Shown here: positions 27,687 through 41,700 of the stretch, in pieces
How positions within the stretch are numbered: the stretch's first letter is position 1
How the letters are laid out: the number at the start of each line of letters is the position of its first letter
Source: Iphione sp. A-MEVVRFRX5
Lineage: Eukaryota
NCBI GenBank assembly: GCA_976226885.1
Contig: OZ320313.1
Coordinates: 75,702,001 to 75,766,000 of the forward strand
Reading direction: 5' to 3'
DNA length: 64,000 nucleotides
Program-made: the position numbers and the translations under genes
The notes under the pieces: generated by a model
Seen by the model: the letters and a program-made list of their open reading frames with translations, nothing else
Database searches by the model: none
Told to the model about the DNA's origin: nothing

Positions 27687-28103
27687 TTTCTATTAAACGT
27701 GTAGCAGGAAATGGTACGTCTATGAAACGCTGTTCAAATAAGCCACATATCAGCAGCTTCCAAAACATGCAGTTCTAATTTGGATGTTCCATGTACCTTT
27801 AGAGTCTCACGTGACCTTTTTTTTGAATATCCATGAAAAAAATACAGTAATTGTTGAACAATTTTATGGGTTTGGTAAGCCATTAATGAGACTTGCACTA
27901 TTTCTTTGAAATGTGTAACAGGAAATGGTACGTCTATGAAATAAGCCACATATTACCAGCTTTGAGAACATGCAATTTTAATTTGGATGTTCCCTGTACC
28001 TGTGGAGTCTCCTGCAATCATTTTTGTTAATACCCATGAAAAAATACAGTAATTGTCGAACAAATTTATAGGTTTGGCAAGTTATTAACGATACCTACAC
28101 TAA
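27687..28103. repeat. Tandem duplication, period 214 bp, two diverged copies
   Basis: caggaaatggtacgtctatgaaa, taatttggatgttcc.tgtacct and ccatgaaaaaa.tacagtaattgt are present in both copies (starts 27687 and 27901), with an 11-nt indel in copy 1. Confidence 0.92.
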
Positions 28104-28242
28104 AGTGTAGACGTCGAAAGAATGGTGAATGGCCCAAAGGAAAACATAGGATGTTATATGGTGTCTCCTTGTTTTGGGGATGAGGTTGGCACTGTCCAGG
28201 TTTGGGATAGTGTGCATAAGGATCTCGAGCGAAAGGTAATTT

Positions 28243-28292
28243 TTTAACTCTGTGAAACGGAAGCGCTTTTAACTCTGTAAAACGGAAGCGCT
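28243..28292. repeat. 25-bp tandem duplication
   Basis: tttaactctgt(g/a)aaacggaagcgct twice, with one mismatch. Confidence 0.92.
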
Positions 28293-31200
28293 CTTCATCT
28301 TTGCCAATCCCTCGGGGAATGCAAGACTTATGGTGTCAAACAGATGAGCAGTAAATGGACATAGTGCATTGTATTGCGATTACTATACAGACGTACAGGG
28401 GATGTTTTTTTTCTCGTGACGTTTTGCTCTAAAATATATGAGATTGCAATTACATACTGTACATGTTAAAAAGAGTTATATGAACTACACAGCCGTTTTT
28501 ATTTGTATATCTGTTACGCGCGTTAAAATTTGAATACATTCAGCAACACTCCTAGTATGTTTTTCTATACGTAGCTTCATCTATGGCCAGTTTGGCTTTT
28601 ATTGGCATTAAATAAGATCGCACAGCGTCGTAATGCCAACGGCGGATGGAGCGCCATAAAGGCAACATCAGTTTACCTCCTGAAACACGCAAGGTGTTGT
28701 GCCAAGTGTGCCTGTCATCGGTTCCGGACTGACGCCACGTCCCATTATGCTCTCTATATTCAGGTGCTCAGAGTAAAAGCTGGCTTCATTGAGGAGTATT
28801 GATTGACTATCGGTTCCAGCCAACACCTTTCCCTGGCACAAGACCAACACCACGTTTACCAGCCGTTTACTGTAGCATTTAGCCAGGACTACTGTAGTAC
28901 CAGCAGACAAGCACTCCGAGCCAGTGACACGATCGTGAGGAGGCATGCAGTTGATCTTTCAATCAGAGTTGGCTGTGTTGAGACCTCTAGAATCACGGCA
29001 TCTATGAATGGTCAATTGCATCAACGTTTGGTCCAGTCACGGAGAGTATTTTCTACAAAAAGAAACTGAAATGTGGAAAAATATGTGTGGGTGTAATCAG
29101 GCTGTCTCTATACATTTAATCACGCTTAGAGTATAAAATGGCCCATTACTGCCAGTTAAAAAAACACCTGGGAGAGCTGGTGTAGATGTTGATGGAATAA
29201 ACCTCATGTACATACACGTTTTTCAAATTTAAATTCAAATCTTTTTTGAGCAGAACTATATCACCCGACACGGGTGTTTTTAGTGTGCAAATCCTGATAA
29301 TGTGTACCCTTTAAGGATTAGGTAAAGTCTGATCTGGGAAGAATATACATTTAAACTGTCCGCAGGAGTCGCAACGAGGCGTGGCTGAGATTATGCTCGG
29401 TGGTGGTTTGAATGCATACCATATCGACTTTATGTATTACACACGTGGACCTATATCACATGAATGGTTCAGACCTCTTCTCCCGATCTAACCCAGACAA
29501 GCCTTTGACTACCTTAGAGCCGCTGAACATTGTTTTGCAGTGGAGTCTAGACCTTTGACTGTGGAGAGATCAATTGAGCGCAAGAACGAGCAGCAGCCTT
29601 AACTGAAGGAAAACTCTAGAAGTACTCATGGCCTCCGTGAGAGAATTATCGCGATTACGCAAAGGTAATCGGATATGAAGTATTCTTCATCAACCTTGCA
29701 GATTATATTATATAAAGCAGTGTTTTATACGGAAGCTTCATAAGAAGATTACAGTGAGCTCGTGGATTAGCTGAATCCTGAACACAATCCACCACTCTAA
29801 CCTACACATGCCCTAAATGTAGATCTGTTCATCATCTGCTGTATTTATTACCCTTCAATTTATTTCTAATGCCCAGTTTCCTTACCTCTATTTGTGCATG
29901 TGTGCATTGGTGAGCATTCAGGTGTGTTTTTATTGAACCAGTGATATCTATTAGGGGGCGTCCAATATATGTGCCTGTGTATGTGTGTGCACTGGGATGC
30001 ATTATTTATCTGTTGTTCATTATCAAACATGACAAATAATTTAATGCACATAACGCACAAATACACAGGAATGCACAAGAATACAGAGGATAAAGGCACA
30101 ATTACATACATATATGCACCGTTTTTTATCAATTCTGCACATTATATGCAAACACATGCTTACTAATTATGCACCCCGGCCCCAGATCCGGGTGTGGGTA
30201 AGCCAGCCCCTCACCAATCTGTCTGCACCATCCTGGAAATACCACCAGAACGTACGTGCACATGGGTAGGTGTCACCGCAGTCCCAGGGATGGAAAACTC
30301 GTACACATGGAAAGACCCCGGAATGAACTTTCTTCATGGCAATATCTTTTAGCTATACTAAGTGTCTCTTAGCAATGAACATTCTACACAACAATTGATA
30401 CCATTTAGGTTATCCGTAAATACATATAAGAAATTAACATTCTCATCAGCAAATCCTTTCAGTGTATCCCTAAATGTATCACTTGTGAACACACTTCTTC
30501 AAATCCATTATACCAGATGTAAACCAGACCTACTTGCACAATAAAATGTGCCCCCATAGTTTTCAGGTAGAAGGACTTGTAATTCCGAGTCGCATATTAA
30601 TGGCCCAGTGGTTATAGATCTGAGATACGAATACATGTAGATATGCAAAGAGTGCGCTTGCTCGGTACTGACCACACTGACACAGACATCATGATGATCT
30701 TCTCAATGAAAGAGCCATTGGAAATGTTCATCAGGGTTGGGAATCTGAGAACATAATAAAGAGACTTACAAAAAATCTACCATACTAAAATAAGCTCATG
30801 TTCCAAATTCCTTTTCCTTGACTTGACAGTCGCATGTTCCCATAGGTCGAGAAAACAGGTCAATATAGCGCCGTTGAAGATTACATGACTCGTAGCAAGA
30901 TTGAATTCGTGTGCCGTGGACATAAACACAGACGGCAATTGGAGTTTAGGTTTGCCATGCACACAGTGCGTAGTGTATGAAGCAATTGAGACAGCCATCG
31001 ACCTGTTAATCAAAGGACATGGGATTTAGGCAAACACAGTCCAAGGCATATAAAACGTGTCCCATTTTCTGTCTAATTGGTCGCCATCGGTGACGGATCT
31101 AATGCGTCAAGCTGAATCCCACTGTTAACAGGTTGATGCTTAATAGTTAGTTTGTCGGGCTTCTGTCAATGAAAACGAAACGAGTATGATTCATTAATTA

Positions 31201-32941
31201 GCTGCATCGGAGTTTACGTCTAACAACGCTGTCCTCGTGAATACACATAGTAGGATGTGTCCACAAATGTATTTCACCTGTAATAAACCATGAATAATTC
31301 GTAAAAGTCAATCACCAAAGGATATTGAGCGGCCAATGGAACTACGATCAAGTATGAAAAGGTAGGAGCATTTCACTTATTTATACGTGTAAGTTTCGTT
31401 ATGTTCCTGCATTTCTATATAGAGCGTTTGGCAGGCTCACAGCTCATAAAATCATATGGTGCGATGTGAGCATACAGAATAAATTATTCTACTCAATAGA
31501 GGCCTTTCGATTTAGTCGTTCATTCCCCATGTGACATTTTCTGGTCTTTAAAGCATAACCATCATCTTACATTTTTCAATATGATGCTTTTAGATATGGA
31601 GTCATAGATTTAAAAAATGTAATACTTCTTCTGCTTTATTATGTTTACAAACGTAAAAACCTTCTCCCCTATGGACTTAAAGTGTGCCATGCTATACGGG
31701 TGTCTGTCTCGACCGAGAGCAGCGCTTACTTGAATATGGGTGGCACCGCATGGTGAAGGTTTCGGGGACAAAGGACCTCGATGCAGGCACGAGTCACTGC
31801 ACAAAAGAAGATTCCCTTATCAGTGGTGAATTGACGGTGCGATGGTGCCCTAGTGAAGCCCAAAGAAGCCGCCATAACTCACAGCTGAAAAGATTGTCAG
31901 AGGACCGCGTTCCCAGGGCATGGTTACCACCTATTGTTAGTTTCATTGCCGAGACCGCTGACAATTAACTGCGCAGTGCTGGCTGTATTCTGTTTGGAAT
32001 ATAGAGAGGAGGCCACTTGTGTCAGTGGCATCGTCAAGGACCCTTGCACATTTGGTCAACACAATCTAATCTGTAGTTTGCCACGGGTCGGTGGCGTGTG
32101 TTTAAATATGCTGCAGATCGGCTAGTGGAGTGTCTGCTTCCATGGCGAGGAATACTCTGTGAGGCAATCGATGAGATAACTATATGCATTACGAATTAGC
32201 TTCACATTCTGAATAATGTATGTATGTTTATAACGTGATCATTTAGAAGTACGATTGGGACAGCAAGTTTATACTGTCCATTGTTTATTTGCTATAGTGA
32301 TTAGTATCCGAGAATTTCAGAAACTATTGGCAAAATGACGCTAACTTCTATTGTTCTGCGACATCTATATGCTACAAGCGTTGTTATATCGAAGGCCCCC
32401 GCATATTTGGCATGAAAATGTATTCCGCCCAGAGTAACTTGGGCAGCACCTGCTATCAAATGCTATTTGCTCACCCAAAGCAGGTGCTGTTATTCAAGGT
32501 AATTGTTTGGAATCTCTCCCCGAATTGTTTCTATATGTTTGTATAGCATGTTGTACAAATTGTCCAGAAATCACAGAATGGGTAATGGTATATTGGAGGT
32601 CGGTTTATTATGTAAGATGTTTAATCCCTTCCGGGCCATACAGTGATAAATCATCCACACATGAATGAGTGTAATCATCATAGAAGAACGCGGAGTTACC
32701 GGCATTAATGATAACTATAAAATGTGCTCAGTTACCTCAAAGTTAAACATAATAAACGACCGATCGCATACGCCATATCAACATCCACTGGCAAGAAATT
32801 CCAACTATGATAGCCCGAAAAGAGTTAAGGATTCGGAATGATATAGAAGGTCAGACACAGAGAACTGCGAATCAACATTTAGATTGCACTCGAAGCTGTG
32901 TATCCTGTCCAGAAAATGAAGTAGGTACAAACCATATAACT

Positions 32942-32961
32942 TACATGTACATGTACATGTA
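32942..32961. repeat. (TACATG)n short array
   Basis: tacatgtacatgtacatgta. Confidence 0.9.
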
Positions 32962-35529
32962 TATGGTTTGTCTTATTGATTTACATTCAGAGTGCCTTAT
33001 TGATGTAGCATAAATGCGCACTTGCATTAAGCCGTAGCTGATAAATGTAATGTAAGTGTACTTACATCTGTTTCAAAAATATGCTTATGTGATATTAAGG
33101 AACCTGTCAAATTGTACCCGTTGACGTTAATTTGACTCAAAAGGAATGAGAACACTGTATACGCCTCCGGACTAGCAACAGCAAAAAACTACTCCTTGCC
33201 CGATGATAAGTCTGCCAAGGGAACCACAAAGTGTCCGCTTGCGGCCTGAATTCTCACGGGAACGTATAGGATCTGTTGCTTGTTGCTTTGATGGCAACAC
33301 CTCTGATGAATTGTCCTCGGAAACGTAGGCTTGTGGGTAATTCCATGAGCCCCCAAATCCCTCAGGACCTCATTGGCACTCCCGTCATGCATTTAGAAGC
33401 ACGACCTACAATTGTATAATGCTTTCCCTAAAATAGCGGCTTTAACGAATACAATAATGTGGAATATGATATACAATGCAGCGTTGTTTACAAGCCGATC
33501 CACCTCAGGGGATACGTTTTAGAAATTTTAGCCCTAGGGTACAGACATTGGTCCTCCAGGGCCCTAAGGTATGCCAGTGCATCCGTATTATTAGGGTCGT
33601 GATGAATATAAATCACAGATAGAGGGAGGAAATGGCCGTCTGATGAGAATTTGATGGCCGTTTCTGACGAGCAAGTAAAAGGCACTGTCCGTGCCTGCGA
33701 CCACCGTACGCGTCAGCAGGATTAACTACTCAGTAAACACTCCCTTCCTCTATCATGTACCTGCCTTCATAATCCACACAATTCACTTGCCTTATTCACT
33801 TGACGGTCTTATCTTGCAACTTTTTCCTCGTCTGTGTGCGTGCATCTCTCTAAATACGGACATTCGCGCTAAGCGTGTATGTAGTTCAATAGAGTCTTGG
33901 CCGGTGTGTGACTTTGTAAATCAATAGTGAAACAGAATCGTATTGAAAATCATTGCGAATTCCATATTTGGTAGTATCAGAGTCCCTCTTTCGAAATACA
34001 TAGCTTGTCAGGAGCGTCTGCTTTCACGATTACCTTGTGTTTACAAGGAATCGGTCCCCCATGAATAAAACGAACATTTTCGTTTGTAATACATATTCTT
34101 AATTTAATGAACAGTATCGAACGACAGCATTTCATATTCGTTGTTTCGTTATCGATGGAATATTTTTTTCCATGAATTATGATTATGAATAACCTTGCAA
34201 GAAACCTTTTGATCGACGTACCAAAATGACCATACCACAATAGCTATCATCGGTACATTTTTGCGCGATGAACAATGCGTACATAAGGAATTAAGCTTCA
34301 TACCGAAATACTAAACTGCACAGAGCGCCATTGATTTTGAACCGTAAGATGAGTCCCCATGGGATACTTAGATGGTATTTTATGAGGTCAGGTTGAAAGA
34401 CTGACCCACATCCTATACAGTGCTAAGTGACACCATGTTCAGTATTAGAGGCGATACCTCAACCGCCACGGCCCCCAGTCTGTTAGGAACACATGTCGAA
34501 TATCATCTCATAACGGTAATGGTGAAATCTTTCCCATGTCGTTAAGTTGTTTTGACATTCACAATTTTTATTATACAAATCTACTTTGGTTGAGTAATAT
34601 TGCAACTTCCAGGACGGGTAGTAGTACATGAAAATGGCACCCATGCTCAGGCGCCACGTCTACCAATAAATCTCGTCATAGGTCTCGTGTGCACTTTGGG
34701 CAAATTTATATCAATCATGCTTTTATTGTTCTACGATTCCTCTGGGTATGGAGAGAAAAACGTCATACATCAAGGAGTATTGACTGTATTCTTCAATGTT
34801 TCTTGCATGTCTCGAGGAAACATCGACGCATCAAAGACAATCCCTCAACTGATTGCCTTTTTTCCTGAGCACCGGCCGACCAGAGCCTCCAGGTGTTTTT
34901 GGAAGCTAAGGTTGAGAGGATTGAGGAATTCGTTGGTTATAACGTTTTAGGTGAGGGTTGGATGCAATCCTGACTCAGTAGTGGTTGCAGCTGCCTCTTC
35001 TGCGAGTCATCCCTTCCAGGGAAGGAACAATCGCGTAACCATGGCAACAAAGACAAATGAACCACCTGTATGCGGGTATAAATCCATGTCCATATTTCGT
35101 TGTACCTGGTCCGCCTCTCGCATCTAATGACAGGGTCGTATTCCAATGATAAACAGTGTCTCAATACATCAGGAAAGAGTTTCTCCTGCTCTTTCGGTAA
35201 CCTAGGGATTTTGCTTTACGGTTTTTGCGATGGCAACCAATGCAACTTGTAGTAATTAGTTTCTCAAGACAGAGAACATTAGCCTGCTCATTCTTACTTA
35301 ATTGCACTCAGAGACAAAAGTAATACCAGGCAATCTGACTGACTAATTTGATGCACATTGTCTTGCACAAACCACACTAATTAAAACTATATTGGATGCT
35401 CAGCATTTGTAGCCCAGAAGAAAATCACAGTTTTGGTCATTCGTGAGAGAAGGGTGCACACTGGAAAAGGGTCTATTTTATTCAGTTTTTCCTGCTTTTT
35501 ATACAATGTCCCCTCAGTGGCACAACAAA

Positions 35530-35830
35530 ACAAGATGTCTGACAACAAGTAACCATATTTATCTTCAATGTATCAAATGGTATTATAAAAAAACAGTTGA
35601 AAGCTAAAGGATGGAACACTCTTCTGTCTCACACCGAATAGAATACAAAACAACACAACAGTCAGGGCAGGCGGAGGGATCGTCCATTCCAGGAATGGAA
35701 ATACATAGTCGGGACTTACAACCATCGCAATATTATGGTTCAACTCTGTGGAACAAACTAGACGCTTGGTATAAAACCACTACAGATAGGCATACATTTA
35801 GACTTCTGGTATACCTAGCTAACTCCCATA
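35530..35830 (+). mobile_element. 3' remnant of a CR1/L2-type LINE ORF2
   Basis: YYGSTLWNKLDAWYKTTTDRHTFRLL (from 35731) resembles the Y.G..LWN.LP......FK..L terminus of these elements, and is preceded by an HRIEYKTTQQ..IP segment. The match is short and degraded. Confidence 0.5.
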
Positions 35831-38439
35831 TCAATACTAGTGTCGCCATCTTATTACTGTACTCTTATTCGTACATCTAGTTGATCTTTTAATGTCACTT
35901 CCAAACTCGACTAAAAACTAATCGATCACAGGTGTAATTAGCTCAGGCACGCGAAAATCGTCTTTTAGGACGACTTGTGTTCAATAAATACGTCCTCATC
36001 TTCTAGTTGTGAGGTCTACAATATTTTTCTACCTATGGAGTTGTCCAATATACCTGTCGGGTTAAGTCAGATACTTGTTTCTAGTGGACTTAATTTGATG
36101 CTCGCTGCAGGGCAATGACAACTGTCCTCGATTTTCCCTTCTTCTCTGCGACGATGCAAGTTCTGCGGTACTTCTATTGGCAAGAGGACGATTGGTAAAA
36201 AACCAATTTCCTGTCTCCCTGGAGAGCCGTCAGAACATCGCATCCCTAGAGGTGTCCTAGTTTTGGTGCTGCGGGAATTGTCTCCCTTTGAGTGCGTGTT
36301 ATGTTATGGCTTTTCAGATGGTGCCCGCCAATATCCAGGTGTCCCGTCTCCCCTACTGTGATTTATTACCTGTTACCAAAATATGCCAATGCAGCATATT
36401 CTAGGTGACATCAGTTATTGACATAGATAGGTGAAAGGACAAAATTATTAAAATAAGCCGGGTGCGAACACACAGTGAGCGCAAGACAAGGGGGAGGGGA
36501 TGCCAAGGTCCAAATATTAAACCCTTAAAAACAGGTAAATACAAAGCAACGATTGTTTATTCATGCCCGACATTGTGAAATTTGTTTTCTGAAAGATGCA
36601 GTGAGATTTAACAACAAAGCAAGGGAGAAGCCATACTTTTTTATCATTGTAGCGGGCAAGTACACTGTCATTTTTTTTGGTTTCACAAACACGAAACCTG
36701 TGTTCACACGATCCACCAATGTGCGACTGAAATTATGCCTTGGATCAAATTGTATTCTTTATTGTTAGTTCTTTTCTAATAAATGTCTGTCCAAATCGCA
36801 TTACATAAAGGCATAAGAAAACATGTTTTCCGTGTATTATGTTTAGATCCCAAGGAAAAAATGGGGATTGTTTCCTTACGTTTGATCGAATGACATATAA
36901 AAGGTCTACATTATAACAAAAATTATACTCATAGCCAATGATCTCGTGCTGAACCCGTACATTTCCTTACGAACACAACCAAGTCCACAAAATCCAGATT
37001 AAATTTATATGCACAACAAACGTAATACAAGAAAGCGATGTTTTCAAAAAAGATGACGAGGATCAGTGTTACAGTCAAACGCTTAACATCCTGTCATGAG
37101 CGATGACTGATAGCCCCAGGTTTTTCCTCCTTTTAAATTTCCCTTCGTTCCTGGATATGGTCTTTTTTTTCAAACATCAGATCTCATTACCTGTATCCTT
37201 CCTTCGTGTAAGAATCAAACCGATTTAAAGCTTCGATGGATTTCTGGACGAGGACAAGCCGCTTGCTCGCGACCATCATCTATCCAAAAAGGATTGCTGA
37301 AAACTACATGTCACCTGTCCGAGGACGGAGTACATACGGCGCCAGTGATGGATTGAGCATGTAACAAAGATGGACCAGTCGTGATCAGGAATATTTAGAG
37401 TCCACACGGAGCTATCTGTCTCCTTTCGCTCTTTTTATTACTCACAGTCACAGCTATTAGGGGCTAGTGCCTTAGCATGAGCTGTGGCCAATGTATAGAG
37501 ATTCGGCCGTATGGACCGGTGGTCGAGACGCTATGTATGCCTAGTGGGCACCAGGTTCCTAAATCAATAGGAAGGGAGGTAGCCCGATCCAGTTATCTTG
37601 TTTCTTCAAATCGGTCTTGGCAGAAAGAGCGACTTCCGACCCACACCGGGAAATAGAACGATATTAACGTAGCCACCGCGATTGATTTACAAGTAAGTCT
37701 CTTTAATTCTAATACTTAACCGCATAAGGGTCATTCTTAGGGATATCTGTCGTGTCGCTCTCTTCATCTGTCTTGGTCTCGGAAGACTACTTATACACTT
37801 TCGTTACTTCGCTTGACTGACTTAGGTTGAATACACTACTAGAACATTGATACTAAACGGAATTCCTAAGTGTGACATGATCCATCAAGTTCAGTGGTGT
37901 GTAGCAAACCTGCGGTTTTCAGCATCAAATACATCTGGAAAGAATAAATGATAAGCCCTACTATCAAATTTATTTTATATACCTATTCGAGTAAACAGTG
38001 AAGCTACAGACAATCAGAGAACTGAGCCTAATACTCAATGATTTACTGGTGTCAGGGAATCATCCAAAGGGGCACTTTCTCAACTCTAAAGTCTCAACGC
38101 ATTTCATTTTCACGAAGAATAATGATTAAGTTGTTCAGACACTAAGATATATCACACTTTCTTTAATCACTTACGATGCTTGTTTCATTAGGTTAAGGGT
38201 CAATACAATCGACGAATGCTGAGTATATGACGGTCTTTCAGTTGGATACATTTTTCTGTCTTTGACATCTGACGACAATGGCAACGTCTTCGGTTCCTGT
38301 TTGGCGGATGAACCGACATATTGTACAAAGTGAGGGTGTATTACTAGCATTGCTGTATATGGTTATCAAATCATATTAGAAGCACCTTTGGCGCCTGCAT
38401 TGAGTAATACTTGTGTAGGGTTGGAACATAACACTCACC

Positions 38440-38720
38440 CAGTAGACCATTTCCTTCCGAACTCCTCCTCCTTCATGTTTTTGTTCATGCTATTGGTTTA
38501 CTATCATTCTTCCCATTTCCTTCCTCATTTGTACTTTTTGCTTTCCACACGTTTTCTCCATTATTCTCTATCTCAGTTGCTGTCTTCCTTTCCTTTCGCT
38601 ATCTCCTGAACACCCTGTCACATTCCTCCTTCTTGTTTGTCCCTTCAAAATCGCGGTCACCTGTTCCTCTCTACTATCCTGTATCTCCTTCATTTTCTCT
38701 GCATACCCTTCCTATCTGCC
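38440..38720. repeat. Pyrimidine-rich low-complexity tract
   Basis: The + strand is dominated by C/T runs (ttcc, ctc, tttc) over about 280 bp. Confidence 0.75.
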
Positions 38721-41700
38721 TTGGATCCGCATTTAAGTTTTTCTTATTTATATGTGCGAGTGGTACCTGGCATTACAGACATCACGAGGAAGTCTCTTCC
38801 AGAGTAATTTCTTTATCATGAGGCGTCATAATTATGGAGTTTTATCACAGTGACCGTTCGTCATAAATATACGTCGAACTTGCCTTCGCTCTTCACGTAC
38901 TTTGTCTGCTGGACGGTTACATCATGAAAGACAGTCGCTTGATCTCTGTCTGCTCTTGATCTCTGTGCTCGAAGAAGTTCCGAAAGCCACCATTTATATC
39001 TATTTCATGGTGATTTGATAAAACACGTATTATTCTTAGGGTCTCGAACCTATAGCTTTTTTGTCTCTATTTCCAATTTATCAGAGCATATTCCCTCATG
39101 GGGGAGCCGAATGTATAACAGGATTGTTAAAATCTTTATTATTTGTTTGTGACGCCCGAATATCAAAGTTTGGGAGGCAGATATTATGTAATGAGAGGTT
39201 TAGGGATACTCTACTTCAAATCCAAACACATCTGTCTAAAGGAAAATGCTTGATATGTAATTATTTTTTCTGTGGGGCTATTCACGTTTACGAGAGAACT
39301 GTTAAAAGTATGTCGGGAGGGATGACTATGGAAATTCCCGGTCAACTTAAGACACTTTCATACTCCTCAAGCTGTCCCTAAAAGTCTTATACTGTCTCGC
39401 CAGCAACAGATGGAGGGCAAGCAGAGGCTTACTTAATCAACTGATCTCTGATAAAATAGACACGTACAGATGGCTTCACGCCTTCCGATGTTACCCAGGA
39501 TGAATAAAGGACAGCTGCCTACGGCATGAACTTGGCTTGACGTCATCTATACAACTCTCCCAAGTCACTTCCCCCTATCTCTCCACCGGTCCGCAGCCCA
39601 CCAACTCAGAGCAGTCGACTACCCACGCCCTGTCGGCGAATACATCTATTTCTTACGGCGCTCACGTCCCGGCACTCATGGTACTTTTGTGCTGCACTCG
39701 GCAGGATTTCCTTCACCTTCCAATGCTGACGAAGCGTTCAATTTGCTGCGATTCTCTCCTTTGGACCAGAATTATATGAATAGGAGATGCCGGATGCTCT
39801 GGTGACGGCTGTAACTGCCTACTGGTCTGGACTTGGTCCCTTCTGACATAAAAAGTAAACATAGAAAATATAACATGGGATACTATGCCCAAAGAAGGAC
39901 AATTTAAAGATTAACGCATATTTACCGGGCAAACACCTTTTCAAGTACGCTGCAGATTTATTAATAATAAACTTTCAAAAAGACAAAAAGCTCAAACAAT
40001 AACTGTACTACCAAGGGCTAAGTTTACTAAGTGTTGCGGCCAAGTACGTGCAATAAAGGTAATTTAAACTACCCCTGCCTACCCTCTTCTCTCTATATCA
40101 CTACTATTCCCCCGAGTACATTATACTACGTATTTAGACGATTGTTATAGTGTACTCTATAAATATTTTCTTTCTTCGTACGTCTCGCCCATTGTGCTGC
40201 GTTGTCGTTTCCTACCATCTGTTTATAGGATGTATAAATATACAGTAAAATAAGTGTTTGTTTATCATTTGTAGCATGCTTTCTGTATCCCAGACAACCC
40301 ATCTAAATTGTACTTTTTTCTCGCTATGCCCACATTCATGTCTGACGGGGCTGCTGCTTATATAATTAAATTCCTACATACGGATCAGATTGGAGCATTC
40401 TGTCACAGAGCAGTACCCCTGCAGCAGAAGTTAACACACAGCATAATAATGTGGCTGTTAGGCAGGGTATAAAATATTGAAATGTCAGGTACTCACAGAG
40501 AGGGAACAATCCATTAGGTGAGCTTCAGGCTGTTTACACAGGATATGGAGTGAGGGTAGAGAGATCAGCGGGGACGTAGTGGCGTAACTATACAATGATT
40601 GGCAATTTAAATTCACGTGACAGCTCGATTACATTTACAAATGTGAGGGCGCTTCCACAGAAAGCACGAATGATACATTTACATGTCTGGCGCTACATTT
40701 ATATAAATGAAATGTATAGCCTTTGATATTTTCAAATTAATATTGAATGTACCTCTGGCTTTCTCGGGGATCTAATTAAGCAAATCTGGGTTGGCGGGAT
40801 CTGAATGCATTCAGCAGTACTGTGCATATCATGTGACACCAGGTTGTGGCTATATATGGCAAGTCCACCAGAACTATTGTCTATTCTGGGCGGGCCTGAC
40901 CTTTAGCAAACCACAGTAAAACGCACTACTTAGTTTAAAGCCACACAGGTCATTAGTCTCACTCCTGACTGCCTGCCCAATCGATTTCAAGAAGAACCAA
41001 GTCTAGTGCCTATTAAGTTATATTAGAGTGAAGTTTCTTGCGAAAGTCATGGCATGCAAGTTCATGAACATATTTGCTTTTTCGTCTAACCCCAAGTTGT
41101 TTGTTCTCAAAAGTCACAGGCACGACTCCTCCTGCTCCTGCTTGTCCTCCAGGGTAGAGATAAATCCCTAGCTGATCTGTGGACTGGCTAATCCGCTACT
41201 TATCCTCGGCCCTCAGGCGTAGACCCGCCGCAGTGAGACGCTGGGCCACACCCAAGTGGATCCCGAGGGAAATATGACGCTCGGAAGCTAGCGACAGTGT
41301 CTTGAGGCACCCTCTCCCATGCGACCTCACCTACACTTAAGTTCAACCCGAGCCTGCGGATTTCCCACTGGCAGGCCATCGCTGGCTAGACATCCAGTTA
41401 CACTTCTCATCGATATAAATCTACTGGGAGGAGAAGTCATGACATCTTTCTTATACTTATGACTCATTTTTACACCCAAGTACGGCTTATCATGTAATAT
41501 CAGTTTTTATCATGTAACCGATATTATGATGTTAATAAGGTGGGGTTTTCAGCATATTGTTATTGATACTTTACCGATTTAGTGAGTTTTTTCAGCGGCT
41601 ATAAATACGCTACAATCTGATCGATAGTTTTGTTTGGACATTAATGAAATTAATGATCATGAAACGCTGGCTGCCTTTTTCAGTGTTAGGAGATCATGAA

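Noticed and set aside
39039-39051. tRNA B-box-like GGTTCGAGACCC on the minus strand
   Set aside because: No A-box at a suitable distance and no cloverleaf, so not a tRNA or clear SINE.
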